Of a stretch of DNA of 64,000 nucleotides, positions 1 to 9,550 are shown in pieces. Source of the DNA: Fibrobacterales bacterium (GTDB taxonomy: Bacteria; Fibrobacterota; Fibrobacteria; Fibrobacterales; JAOPTW01); contig JAOPTW010000015.1 in assembly GCA_051532035.1 (NCBI GenBank), forward strand, positions 32,001 through 96,000, in the 5' to 3' direction. The first letter of the stretch is position 1. Every line of letters starts with the position of its first letter. A program made the position numbers and the translations under genes. The notes under the pieces are model-generated. The model saw only the letters and a list, made by a program, of their open reading frames with translations, had not been told where the DNA came from and did not search any database.

Positions 1-178
1 TTTTGGGATCATTATTGGGCAATAAGTAGGCAATGATAGACCCATCTAAAAGGGTTTTCATACTACCCGTATTAGGGCAATGTGCAACAACAGTTTCACC
101 GGTTTCCAAAGCCACATCGACAAAAAATCGTTTATAGCGCTTTAACAATGTCCCTTTTATAAGGCCCTTAATTATCAT
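1..178 (-). CDS. sfsA: DNA/RNA nuclease SfsA (sugar fermentation stimulation protein), N-terminal part; runs off the window edge
   Basis: Not in the ORF track. Manual translation from the ATG at 178 gives [44 protein letters not shown], with the SfsA motifs KRYKRF and AHCPNTGSM. Confidence 0.9.
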   Translation of the reverse strand, partial: MIIKGLIKGTLLKRYKRFFVDVALETGETVVAHCPNTGSMKTLLDGSIIAYLLPNNDPK

Positions 179-179
179 C

Positions 180-947
180 TTACTCTTTCGAATACTTGGT
201 CATTTCAACTGCAATTGATCCGACAAGAATTTTTGATTTAACCAATACCGGTATTTTTTTATCATCATTGGTTAGCCAAATGGTAAGTTTTCCTTTTGCT
301 TCAAAAAGCCCATCCTCATCAAGTATGGGCTCTACAACAATACAATCAAATTCACCCGCTTCAACTTCGACTGTTTCATACCGATGGGCTATTACCTTAA
401 GCTTATACTCTTTCTTTCCAGAGATTGCATTAAACTTATACTCATTACCTGGCTCTAGGTCTAATGTTCTAAACAGATAAAATGCAGATGTTATGGTATG
501 ACTTAAGGTATCAAGAGTGACAACAGTATCTGTATATCGTTTAACAGTCAAGAGATTATCATCTTTATCAAATACTGTATCTGCTAAATGAGCGGAAAGA
601 GACTCTAAGTCTTGTTGGATATGTACATGGTTATGCCAAGAACCCTCATTATTAATTTTTTTAAATGTTGAAGGTATGAGGTCACTCTTACGAGCCTGAG
701 TCAAAATTGTATCCTGTACAGGATACACGGCTTCAAAAAAACCATTATTCCATGCTAATGCTTTGAAAATCAGTCCGGTACTATCTTGAGGATCCTGCAA
801 CACTTCCATAGTTGCATTTCCTGCAGTAATAAACCCATAGTTTATCTCATAGGTAATTTTTTCTCCTACATGAAATGGTAAGAGTATTTTCTTTTGAGAG
901 AAAAGGGAGGTACTAATTAAAAAAATAAAGAGTAATAAGTATTTCAC
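180..947 (-). CDS. DUF3108-family exported protein
   Basis: Signal peptide; [12 protein letters not shown]-x-V-x-V-x-AG-x-F-x-C; IWLTND-xx-KIPV C-terminal motif. Confidence 0.75.
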   Translation of the reverse strand: MKYLLLFIFLISTSLFSQKKILLPFHVGEKITYEINYGFITAGNATMEVLQDPQDSTGLIFKALAWNNGFFEAVYPVQDTILTQARKSDLIPSTFKKINNEGSWHNHVHIQQDLESLSAHLADTVFDKDDNLLTVKRYTDTVVTLDTLSHTITSAFYLFRTLDLEPGNEYKFNAISGKKEYKLKVIAHRYETVEVEAGEFDCIVVEPILDEDGLFEAKGKLTIWLTNDDKKIPVLVKSKILVGSIAVEMTKYSKE

Positions 948-1002
948 ATGAAACCTCAGATTGAAGTATAAAAAAAATACAAAATTGATAGACCTTAAGT
1001 AG

Positions 1003-1599
1003 TTAAATAAACGTTTCTAACTTACCTGCACCCTGTCTAAGAACTTTCCATTCTCCATCTACGTAATCAATAAGTGTCGAAGGGTTTGATATAGGGTATT
1101 CATCCAAAAGTACCATCTGATCAACCTGTTCGCTCCATAACTCGGCCTGAACCACTGCATCATGTACATAGGGTTCTCCTGTTATGTTGGCACTTGTTGA
1201 TAATAAAAACCCATTCCATTTAGAAAAGAGAGAAGAAAGAAATTGAGATTCACCGAACCGTACACCAATTTTACCCGTTGGGCCAACAAGATGATCCAAG
1301 CGTTTGTCCTTTGAAGGAAGTAACAAGGTAAAAGGTCCAGGCCAGATTTTACTAATCAAATCAAGTTGATCATGAGTTAAATCAAAATAGATAGACAATA
1401 TATCAGGGTCCCCTATGAGTATTAAAAAAGGATTATTAGCCGGTCTATTTTTAAAATCATAAATCTTCGATACCGCTTGGCTATTCAATGCATCGCATCC
1501 TAGGCCATAAATAGTATCTGACGGGTAGAGAAGTGTTCCCCCACCATTAAGGTGGGAGATACATTCATCAATTTGTTCAACGGAAATAGCTGAGGTCAA
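1003..1599 (-). CDS. tsaC: L-threonylcarbamoyladenylate synthase (YrdC/Sua5/TsaC family)
   Basis: YPSDTIYGLGC, KNR, WPGPFT, STSAN and PST motifs. Confidence 0.9.
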   Translation of the reverse strand: MTSAISVEQIDECISHLNGGGTLLYPSDTIYGLGCDALNSQAVSKIYDFKNRPANNPFLILIGDPDILSIYFDLTHDQLDLISKIWPGPFTLLLPSKDKRLDHLVGPTGKIGVRFGESQFLSSLFSKWNGFLLSTSANITGEPYVHDAVVQAELWSEQVDQMVLLDEYPISNPSTLIDYVDGEWKVLRQGAGKLETFI

Positions 1600-2070
1600 T
1601 TAGATATCTCCTAAACTGACACGATACTCTTCTAGTTTTATTGCTAAGGTTTCATCACCAAGCGCAAGGATTGATAATGCGAGATAGCCTGCATTTTTTC
1701 CATTACCAATACCAACAGTCGCTACAGGAATCCCTGGAGGCATCTGTACTATTGAGTGTAACGCATCAACACCTTTCAAAGGCCCGCCATCACCTGGAAC
1801 TCCAATAACAGGAAGAGTTGTATGCCCTGCAAGCACTCCTGGAAGTGCTGCCGCAAGTCCGGCTACTCCGATCAATATTTTAACACCTCGGCCTTTTGCC
1901 TCTTTAGCATATTTACATGCCTTGTTTGGAGTACGATGAGCACTTAAAACATTATACTCCCATACTATGCCAAACTCATCAAATACTGATGTGATTTTCT
2001 CAATAATAGGTTTATCTGAGGTCGACCCAGAAACTATCCCTACTTGCACGTTATCAGTTAATTCAAACAT
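1600..2070 (-). CDS. purE: N5-CAIR mutase / AIR carboxylase PurE
   Basis: SAHRTP, AGLAAALPG, SIVQMPPGIPVATV. Confidence 0.97.
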   Translation of the reverse strand: MFELTDNVQVGIVSGSTSDKPIIEKITSVFDEFGIVWEYNVLSAHRTPNKACKYAKEAKGRGVKILIGVAGLAAALPGVLAGHTTLPVIGVPGDGGPLKGVDALHSIVQMPPGIPVATVGIGNGKNAGYLALSILALGDETLAIKLEEYRVSLGDI

Positions 2071-2071
2071 A

Positions 2072-3361
2072 TTATACTCCTTGTATTCGTTTTAAACCTT
2101 TTTGACCAATATCTTTTCTATAAAAAACATCATCAAATGACACCTTAGATGCGCCTTCATACGCTCTATCAATTGCTTCTTTAAGTGTATCACCTTTACC
2201 CATCATTCCTAATACACGACCACCCGCAGAAACAATATCATCACCAACCTGTTTAGTGCCCGCATGGATACAATACATTGTTTCATCACGAACTAAATCG
2301 AGCCCTTGGATAACTTTTCCTTTTTCATAGCCCCCTGGATACCCACCTGAAGCGAGTACAATAACTGCAGCAGAACCTTTGTTTTCTTTTACTTCAATAT
2401 CTGAGACATTACCACAGGTAACAGCATGGAGTAGTTCAAGAAGATCACCATCATAGAGTGGTAAAATCACCTGAGCTTCAGGATCACCAAAACGGACATT
2501 GTACTCAACAACTTTTGGTCCTTGTGGTGTTACCATTATCCCAACGTATAAAACTCCAACATAAGGACATCCTTCAGTAACCATACCATAAAGCGTTGGC
2601 TCAATAATGGTCTCTTTTACTTCGGCTAACAATTCTTCAGTAACAATAGGTGCCGGTGAATAAGCGCCCATCCCCCCGGTATTCGGTCCTTCATCATTGT
2701 CAAAAATTCGTTTGTGATCTTGTGCAGTAGAAAGAACCACATAATCAGTTCCATTACAGATTGCAAAAATTGAGGCTTCTTCACCAGTCATAAACTCTTC
2801 TATGACTACCTCTTTACCCGAGTCACCAAACACTGCTTTTTCACCAAGCATATCGGTAACAGCATCAAGTGCCTCTTGTTCGGTCATACAAACAATAGCG
2901 CCTTTGCCTGCGGCAAGCCCTGAAGCCTTGACAACAATAGGAGCACCCATTGCTTTAATATATCCCACTGCTTTATCAAGCTCAGTAAATTTTTTGTATG
3001 CAGCAGTTGGTACAGCGTACTTTTTCATCACATCTTTAGAAAATGCTTTAGATCCTTCTAATCGAGCCGCAGCTTCAGAGGGACCAAAAATAAGAAGATC
3101 TTTAGCTTCAAATGCATCTACAATCCCAGCACAAAGAGGTATTTCTGGGCCTACAATGGTAAAGTCTATGTCTTTTGCTTCTGCAAAAGCGACAAGCCCA
3201 TCAATATCTTCTACCCCAAGATCGACACATATTCCCAATTCAGAGATCCCTGGGTTACCTGGTGCCGCGTATAATGCGTTACATTGATCAGATTTTGAAA
3301 CTTCTTTGGCAATGGCGTGTTCTCTTCCGCCACCTCCGATAATTAATACGTTCATAGACAC
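2072..3361 (-). CDS. purD: Phosphoribosylamine--glycine ligase (alternative ATG start at 3355)
   Basis: GGGGREHA, QDHKR, GPNTGGMGAY, EYNVRFGDPE. Confidence 0.98.
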   Translation of the reverse strand: MSMNVLIIGGGGREHAIAKEVSKSDQCNALYAAPGNPGISELGICVDLGVEDIDGLVAFAEAKDIDFTIVGPEIPLCAGIVDAFEAKDLLIFGPSEAAARLEGSKAFSKDVMKKYAVPTAAYKKFTELDKAVGYIKAMGAPIVVKASGLAAGKGAIVCMTEQEALDAVTDMLGEKAVFGDSGKEVVIEEFMTGEEASIFAICNGTDYVVLSTAQDHKRIFDNDEGPNTGGMGAYSPAPIVTEELLAEVKETIIEPTLYGMVTEGCPYVGVLYVGIMVTPQGPKVVEYNVRFGDPEAQVILPLYDGDLLELLHAVTCGNVSDIEVKENKGSAAVIVLASGGYPGGYEKGKVIQGLDLVRDETMYCIHAGTKQVGDDIVSAGGRVLGMMGKGDTLKEAIDRAYEGASKVSFDDVFYRKDIGQKGLKRIQGV

Positions 3362-3386
3362 CTAAGGTGATATTTACAAGATGCAC

Positions 3387-3394
3387 CAAATATA
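3387..3394 (-). promoter_or_regulatory. Candidate TAnnTTTG-type (-7) promoter box upstream of purD
   Basis: TATATTTG on the minus strand about 26 nt before the purD start; exact match to the Bacteroidota primary-sigma consensus TAnnTTTG. Confidence 0.5.
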
Positions 3395-3521
3395 CCATTT
3401 TTTAGGTTTTTTTTACACACTCAAGAGTAGATTTACCTCTCATATATTCCGTAATTTCACTGACCTGTAATTTCCAACATCTTATGATTAGAATTAGATT
3501 ACTTTATTTAGAGGAGGAAAG

Positions 3522-4574
3522 ATGCACTATATTGTAAGAATTTTAGGAGTGAGAGACAAAAACACTCTACAGGAGATGGTTCAAATTATCCTCAGAGAAA
3601 AAAGCCTCACTATAGAGAAGATTATCGCAGGGTTAAAATCACTCCCCTTGGACATTCCATTGGAAACAAGCCCCGAATACATAGTAAAATTTAAAAATAG
3701 GCTTATGGCCTTGAGTGTTGATCTTAAGGTAATCATTCAAGAGACAAATATGCCTGACTCTGAGGTCACCTTTGAAAAAAATACTGATAGCAATGAACCA
3801 ACTGACGGTTACTCATCAAATCTAACCACATCAGAACCCAAGATCGCCAGCACTAGCCATTCCGACCAACTCATTGAAACAGTTTCAACATCCAAGCCGT
3901 ACAAATCTTTACACAAAGGTACAACAACCGTCCCAACAACTACAATGCCTATAAAAAAACCGCTATCCTTACAACGCCAAGTGCTCTTTTTGATACTATT
4001 TATTGCCCCGCTCATTATCCTCTTTTTCATTTACACTGATGAAGAGCCCACCCCTAAAGGAGTCCATGTCCCAAGCCCAACAAAAGTTGTTGCTACCTCT
4101 ATGGCCCCTATTGAGGGAATACAAAAGGCTGATGAACTGTATAAAAAAGCCATAAACGAACCAAGCCCTCATAAAGTAGTGCTGTTACTCACCGAAGCCT
4201 TGGAAGAGAATCCATATAATGACAGCGCATGGGACATAATCATAGCCGCCTATGAAAAAAATGGTGACTATGGCTATGCAAAAAAAGCACGCGAAAAAAA
4301 ATTAAAGCAATCAACCTCAGTCAAAAAGGCTATCCAAGCTATTGCAATCGAGTTTAATCGCAGAAATACCCGTTTCACCATAAACCCTAACCAAATCACA
4401 ATGGACCTATCCCACATACGCTCACTCAGGCTCTTAGAAGGTCGTGCCGAAGAAATCTATCACCTCCTTAAAGAACAGCACCCTAATAAAGAAATCACCT
4501 TCATAAACACCCCCCTAAAGAAAGAAATCACCTTCCCAAACGGCATTCCCCAAATAACCCCCTACCATAATTAG
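3522..4574 (+). CDS. Hypothetical single-pass membrane protein with TPR-like helices
   Basis: GAGGAGG RBS; low-complexity S/T/P linker; TM segment VLFLILFIAPLIILFFIY; TPR-like ALEENPYNDSAW...AYEKNGDYGYA. Confidence 0.7.
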   Translation: MHYIVRILGVRDKNTLQEMVQIILREKSLTIEKIIAGLKSLPLDIPLETSPEYIVKFKNRLMALSVDLKVIIQETNMPDSEVTFEKNTDSNEPTDGYSSNLTTSEPKIASTSHSDQLIETVSTSKPYKSLHKGTTTVPTTTMPIKKPLSLQRQVLFLILFIAPLIILFFIYTDEEPTPKGVHVPSPTKVVATSMAPIEGIQKADELYKKAINEPSPHKVVLLLTEALEENPYNDSAWDIIIAAYEKNGDYGYAKKAREKKLKQSTSVKKAIQAIAIEFNRRNTRFTINPNQITMDLSHIRSLRLLEGRAEEIYHLLKEQHPNKEITFINTPLKKEITFPNGIPQITPYHN

Positions 4575-4602
4575 CAATGTAAGAAGCAACACACTACCAT
4601 AG

Positions 4603-4685
4603 CAACATTGGTTTGAAAAGCAAACCGAGCAAAGTAAAACCTAATATTTTACCCCAACAACAATGACTTGCAAAGCAAGCCGAGC
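4603..4685. repeat. Two-copy 28-bp imperfect direct repeat, each copy with an internal hairpin
   Basis: caacattggtttgaaaagcaaaccgagc (4603-4630) vs caacaatgacttgcaaagcaagccgagc (4658-4685), 23/28 identical. Confidence 0.6.
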
Positions 4686-4695
4686 GCACAAATCT

Positions 4696-4793
4696 ATCCA
4701 TTTATGTCTGTAGATGTAAGGCATTGAAGTTGACTACGTACAAATGGTACGCTGAGAGTTCAAAAACGAAGCAGATACATGCTTAAAATGGAT
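4696..4793. repeat. ~98-bp palindromic intergenic element (MITE/REP-like)
   Basis: 8-bp terminal inverted repeat atccattt/aaatggat; nested arms atgta/tacat and ttgaa/ttcaa; central hairpin cgtac-aaatg-gtacg. Confidence 0.5.
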
Positions 4794-5404
4794 TAATCAA
4801 CTTCTTCAGCAGATACGCCGATCATCGGCAGTCCAATTTTGCATGCAGTATTATTACTGTCACATGCAGGGGTAACCCGAAGTGTAACAATAGCATTTTG
4901 ACGCTTAACCACAAACTCCATCATTTTCCCTTGAGATTCCTTTACTGGAGTTATGATATCAAGAAATGAAGTTACGGGTTTTTTATTTACATTCAAAATA
5001 ACATCTTTTGTGAGAAATCCTGCCCTTCGTGCTGGAGAGCCTGGAGGTGGAGTTTCTTCCACGAGTATCATCATAAGATATGGAGAGATACCAGTGGTAC
5101 CTATCCCTTGACCAGTATTTTTTCTAGGAACCAGATTTGTCGAAACAGTATCGAGGCCCCTTTTAATTTTTATGAAAAGTGGTTTATCAAGATTCATTTC
5201 TGCGAGTTGATTAAAGACATTCCAACTTTCAGGGTTTTCATCATTAACTGAAATTATGATATCACCTATTTCTACACCAGCTGAGGCACCAGGAGAGTTT
5301 TGTTCTACAACCCCAACAATAAGTATGGCATATTCTTTATTCTCACAGCCAATGCACAAAAGCGTTATACACGCAATCCAAATAAACCTAGACATAAAAC
5401 TCAC
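4793..5404 (-). CDS. Tandem-PDZ lipoprotein, paralogous to the periplasmic module of the adjacent RseP
   Basis: Lipobox-like LCIGC; two PDZ units (SPGASAGVEIGDIIISVN; SPARRAGFLTKDVILNVN); no HExxH and no TM helices. Confidence 0.8.
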   Translation of the reverse strand: MSFMSRFIWIACITLLCIGCENKEYAILIVGVVEQNSPGASAGVEIGDIIISVNDENPESWNVFNQLAEMNLDKPLFIKIKRGLDTVSTNLVPRKNTGQGIGTTGISPYLMMILVEETPPPGSPARRAGFLTKDVILNVNKKPVTSFLDIITPVKESQGKMMEFVVKRQNAIVTLRVTPACDSNNTACKIGLPMIGVSAEEVD

Positions 5405-5478
5405 ACAATATAATGTTACTCATTATCCGAAAAATAACAGTTAATTACAATAAAAATGGTTTTTTCTAGTATGTAAGC

Positions 5479-6831
5479 CTATTTAGGTACGGTTAGGTGG
5501 GGGAACTTTAAAACATCCTGCCACAATATATAGGCGAAGAGTGTGATAAAAAATATTATTGCTACTTGCTGGATTGCCGCTTGTACATTTCTTGGTAATG
5601 GCTTCCCTCTAATTGCCTCTATAGCAAAAAACAGCAGCATTCCCCCATCAGTAATAGCAAGGGGAAGAAGGTTCATTATGCCAAGATTCATACTAATAAG
5701 CGCCAACAAAAAGAGGAGCATAGAAAAGTCAAGCATCCATGTTGAGCCTAACACTTGAACAATACCTACAGGCCCTGAAAGTGCTTTTGTTTTAAGTGCA
5801 CCTTGGAATAGTTTTTTAATAAAAACAAAAGGCATTTTTATCCATTCAATACTCGTTTCAAATGCTTTTCCCATAGCAGGAAATAGTGAGCGAACAACGG
5901 TCTGTTGTGGAAGTGGTGAAAGAGCCAGTCCAATTCTCCAAGCGCCAGATTGTACATCTTTTCTAGGAATAACCTGAACAACACTCTGAGTTGCCAATCC
6001 TTGTACATCGACACGAATAAGAGTGAGTGCTAGTGGGTTCCCTTCTGTAATTTGCACAGCCTCTACAAGTTCTTTTGCAGATTTTATGGCTACCCCATTC
6101 ACTTCTGCAATTTGATCAGCTTCTATTATCCCTGCGTCATCTGCCGGTGTACCCTTCAACGGCGTTGCACCTGCATATACCCGTTGAAAGTTTTGAATAA
6201 TTCCAGAACTTCCTATTCCAAAATCTTCAAACTCACTTGGTACTACTGATAATTTTAGAGTGATTGTATCTCTTTTCACTTCAAGAGGAATCGGTGTATC
6301 AATATTGATACTCATAATCTCCCGAAAGCGGTTCCAGCCCGGAGAGTTTTCATTATTTACCGAAACAATTACATCATGAGATTGAACTCCTGCATATTCT
6401 CCTGCTGAACCCTCAAGTACTTCCCCTACAATCATTTCTGTCTTAATGGGCTCTTGTACTCCAACCATATATAGAAGTGTTAATATGAGATATGCAAAGA
6501 CAACATTTATAAAAGGACCTCCAAATGCAATAGCTGCACGAACCCGTATTGGCTTTGCTTGAAAATGATCGGATTCTACAGCTTCAAATTCATCTTGAGC
6601 TGGATTCTCACCTGCCATTGCAACATAGCCACCAAAGGGAATTGCCGAAATACAGTAGACAGTATCACCCTTTTTGAATTTAAATAGTTTTTTACCAAAC
6701 CCTATCGAAAAGACATTTACTCTCACACCCGTTAGGCGAGCAACAAGGAAATGCCCTAATTCATGTATAAATACAAGAAAACTGAGCCCAATTAATCCAA
6801 GAATAATTTGTGGTATAACATTAAAGTTCAT
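5479..6831 (-). CDS. rseP: RIP metalloprotease RseP (M50) with two PDZ domains
   Basis: HELGH, PFGGYV, NLLPLAITDGG; lies downstream of dxr. Confidence 0.96.
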   Translation of the reverse strand: MNFNVIPQIILGLIGLSFLVFIHELGHFLVARLTGVRVNVFSIGFGKKLFKFKKGDTVYCISAIPFGGYVAMAGENPAQDEFEAVESDHFQAKPIRVRAAIAFGGPFINVVFAYLILTLLYMVGVQEPIKTEMIVGEVLEGSAGEYAGVQSHDVIVSVNNENSPGWNRFREIMSINIDTPIPLEVKRDTITLKLSVVPSEFEDFGIGSSGIIQNFQRVYAGATPLKGTPADDAGIIEADQIAEVNGVAIKSAKELVEAVQITEGNPLALTLIRVDVQGLATQSVVQVIPRKDVQSGAWRIGLALSPLPQQTVVRSLFPAMGKAFETSIEWIKMPFVFIKKLFQGALKTKALSGPVGIVQVLGSTWMLDFSMLLFLLALISMNLGIMNLLPLAITDGGMLLFFAIEAIRGKPLPRNVQAAIQQVAIIFFITLFAYILWQDVLKFPHLTVPK

Positions 6832-7972
6832 CTATGAGCCTTTGTGCTGTTTCCCGAGCAGTAGTATCTGCTTGAAGAACATCGTCAAGTGTTGGGTTCT
6901 CTATAACTTCCACAGAGTTTAATACTTTTTCATTAATCTGAGGAATATCATTAAATGTAATATTTTCTTTAAGAAATGAAGCAACAACAACTTCGTTTGC
7001 AGCGTTAAGTATTGCTGGGGCTGTCCCCCCTTTCTCTCCTGCCTCGAAAGCAAGTCGTAAACAAGGGAACTTCAAAAAATCAGGTTTGTAAAATTGTAAT
7101 GACTGTAAATCAGATAATGACACTTGCTCTACTGGTAGGTCCCATCGCTCAGGATAAGAAAGAGAATACTGAATCGGTATTTTCATATCAGGTGCGCCCA
7201 ATTGAGCCATCAGACTCCCATCTTTAAATTGAACCAATGAATGAACCACAGACTGAGGATGTACAACAACATGAATTTGATCTAAGGGTATATTAAAAAG
7301 AAAATGTGCCTCTAATACCTCAAGCCCTTTATTCATTAACGTTGCCGAGTCAATAGTTATCTTGGGCCCCATACTCCAAGTAGGGTGCTTTAATGCCCGC
7401 TCAAGAGTTATATTCTCAAACTCTTCTTGTGGTAACTCTCTAAATGGTCCGCCCGATGCGGTTAGTTGAATATTAGACACCTCAGAAATAGGTCGATCAG
7501 CAAGACATTGAAAAATTGCATTATGTTCTGAATCAATAGGGTAGATTTTAGATTGGGGATACTCTTTGAGTAGATTGTTTATAACGGTTCCCGCCATAAC
7601 CATCGTCTCTTTGTTTGCCAATGCAACTACTTTAGAGCATTCAATTGCTTTAATGGTAGGAAGACACCCAACAGCACCAACAAGAGCATTGACTACAACA
7701 TCAACAGCTGGATCGGAGACAAATTCTAAGAATGCTTCTATGCCTGTCTTAACATCTCTTCCAAGAGCTTCAGACAGCTTTTTTGCAGCACATTCATCCC
7801 ACATGGCCACATTGGGTACATCATATTTTTTTACAATCGCTAAAAGAGCTTTCCAATTACTATGAGCAGCAACAGAATAGAGGTCAAATTTATCAGGATG
7901 CGCATCAAAAACTGAAAGGGTTGAAGTACCGATAGACCCGGTTGCTCCTAAAAGTGCTACTGAACGTTTCAT
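6821..7972 (-). CDS. dxr: 1-deoxy-D-xylulose-5-phosphate reductoisomerase
   Basis: LGATGSIG, LANKE, PIDSEH, TASGGPF, NKGLE. Start moved to the ATG at 7972, which overlaps the cdsA stop (TAATG). Confidence 0.97.
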   Translation of the reverse strand: MKRSVALLGATGSIGTSTLSVFDAHPDKFDLYSVAAHSNWKALLAIVKKYDVPNVAMWDECAAKKLSEALGRDVKTGIEAFLEFVSDPAVDVVVNALVGAVGCLPTIKAIECSKVVALANKETMVMAGTVINNLLKEYPQSKIYPIDSEHNAIFQCLADRPISEVSNIQLTASGGPFRELPQEEFENITLERALKHPTWSMGPKITIDSATLMNKGLEVLEAHFLFNIPLDQIHVVVHPQSVVHSLVQFKDGSLMAQLGAPDMKIPIQYSLSYPERWDLPVEQVSLSDLQSLQFYKPDFLKFPCLRLAFEAGEKGGTAPAILNAANEVVVASFLKENITFNDIPQINEKVLNSVEVIENPTLDDVLQADTTARETAQRLIDEL

Positions 7973-8802
7973 TAAAATAACTTCCCAATATAGGTAAACC
8001 ATATTACTGCAACAGGAGCAGCCAAAAAGAGACTATCAAACCTATCTAAAATACCACCATGGCCAGGAAATAAATTTGAAGAGTCCTTAACATCTGCATA
8101 ACGTTTAAATGCCGACATGAAGAGATCCCCCACCTGAGCCGTAATTGCCATAACTAAACAGAAAAATAACACATTTATCTCTGTAAGACCAGTCATAGTC
8201 GGTCCTACAAAATATCCAAAAAGCAGAGTAAGTATCGTTCCGCCAATACTTCCTTCCCAACTTTTTTTAGGGCTAATTTTAGGAGCAAATTTTCGCTTAC
8301 CAATAGATACACCTACAAAATAAGCTCCACTATCACACACCCACATAATCATACAGATAAACAAAAATTTTGAAACAGGTTCGAAGCCTTGGCCTGTACC
8401 CATCAGTTCGAAAGTCGTACCAAACCAATACGCAAAAAAGAGGAACCCAAATATATGAAGAGCAACCCAAGGGAAAAGCCGTTCAACTTCAATACTTTTA
8501 AAAGCCTTCAATATATAGACCAAAGAAAAAATGGGGAGCAATACAATACTCACACTCTGGAAAGTGATCGACTCATATGGGCAAAACCATGCGGATATAA
8601 CGAGTGCGGTTAAAATTGGGGTCAGAGTTTTATTTGAGGGCTTTCCAAACTTAGTTTCTAAAATACGAGCATATTCCCAACTTGCTCCTATAGTAAGAAA
8701 AGCTAAAAGTAGTTTACGAGAAATTTCTCCAAAATAGAGTAATCCGATAAATGCTGGTATTGCTGCAAGTGCAAACAATATCCGAACCGTCATATTGCTC
8801 AT
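7972..8802 (-). CDS. cdsA: Phosphatidate cytidylyltransferase
   Basis: ISPKKSWEG, KDSSNLFPGHGGILDRFDS. Confidence 0.96.
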   Translation of the reverse strand: MSNMTVRILFALAAIPAFIGLLYFGEISRKLLLAFLTIGASWEYARILETKFGKPSNKTLTPILTALVISAWFCPYESITFQSVSIVLLPIFSLVYILKAFKSIEVERLFPWVALHIFGFLFFAYWFGTTFELMGTGQGFEPVSKFLFICMIMWVCDSGAYFVGVSIGKRKFAPKISPKKSWEGSIGGTILTLLFGYFVGPTMTGLTEINVLFFCLVMAITAQVGDLFMSAFKRYADVKDSSNLFPGHGGILDRFDSLFLAAPVAVIWFTYIGKLF

Positions 8803-9521
8803 TAGAGCTCCTTGTCTGTGTCGATTACCTTGCCAAAACGGCGCTGTTTACTAGAATAATATGTGATTGCTTTTTCAAATTCTTGATTAGAAAAGTCGGG
8901 CCACAACACATCCGTCACATAAAACTCACTATATGCAATCTGCCATAGTAAATAGTTCGAGACTCTACAATCCCCCCCTGTTCTAATGAGCAGGTCAGGA
9001 TGTGGTACATCTGGCATGTAAAGGTGATTTTCAAAAAGTTTTTCGTCTATTTCATCGGCAGCAATCTCACCTGAAGCTACTTTAAGAGCTATGCCTTTAC
9101 AGGCATCTAAAATCTCTTGGTGAGATCCGTAAGATATGGCTAGATTGAGCTGTAGACCTGTGTTGTTTTTTGTCTTTTCAACTCCCGCCAGGAGTTTTTT
9201 GCGAGCCCGCGAAGGGAGCGATTCAATTCGTCCAATAATGTTTAATTTAACATTATTCTGCATCATCCCTTTGACTTCTATATCAATGAGGTCACTCATT
9301 AGTGACATTAGAAAAGAAACTTCTTTAGGGGGCCGTTGCCAATTTTCAGAGGAAAAAACATAAAGGGTTAAATAATTAACCCCTATGTTTCCACAATGTT
9401 CTACGATATTATGGGTAGTTTTCGATCCCTCTTTGTGTCCAAAGATTCGAGGCTTACCTTTAGCTTGAGCCCAGCGACCGTTACCATCCATGATGATTGC
9501 GATATGATCAGGTATCGTCAT
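8802..9521 (-). CDS. uppS: Undecaprenyl diphosphate synthase
   Basis: HIAIIMDGNGRWA, FSSENWQRP, RVSNYLLWQ. Confidence 0.97.
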   Translation of the reverse strand: MTIPDHIAIIMDGNGRWAQAKGKPRIFGHKEGSKTTHNIVEHCGNIGVNYLTLYVFSSENWQRPPKEVSFLMSLMSDLIDIEVKGMMQNNVKLNIIGRIESLPSRARKKLLAGVEKTKNNTGLQLNLAISYGSHQEILDACKGIALKVASGEIAADEIDEKLFENHLYMPDVPHPDLLIRTGGDCRVSNYLLWQIAYSEFYVTDVLWPDFSNQEFEKAITYYSSKQRRFGKVIDTDKEL

Positions 9522-9550
9522 ATGATTGCTTGTATCAGTGATAACTATAA

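Noticed and set aside
4603..4685. CRISPR array
   Set aside because: Only two imperfect copies and no cas genes in the window; kept as a generic repeat.
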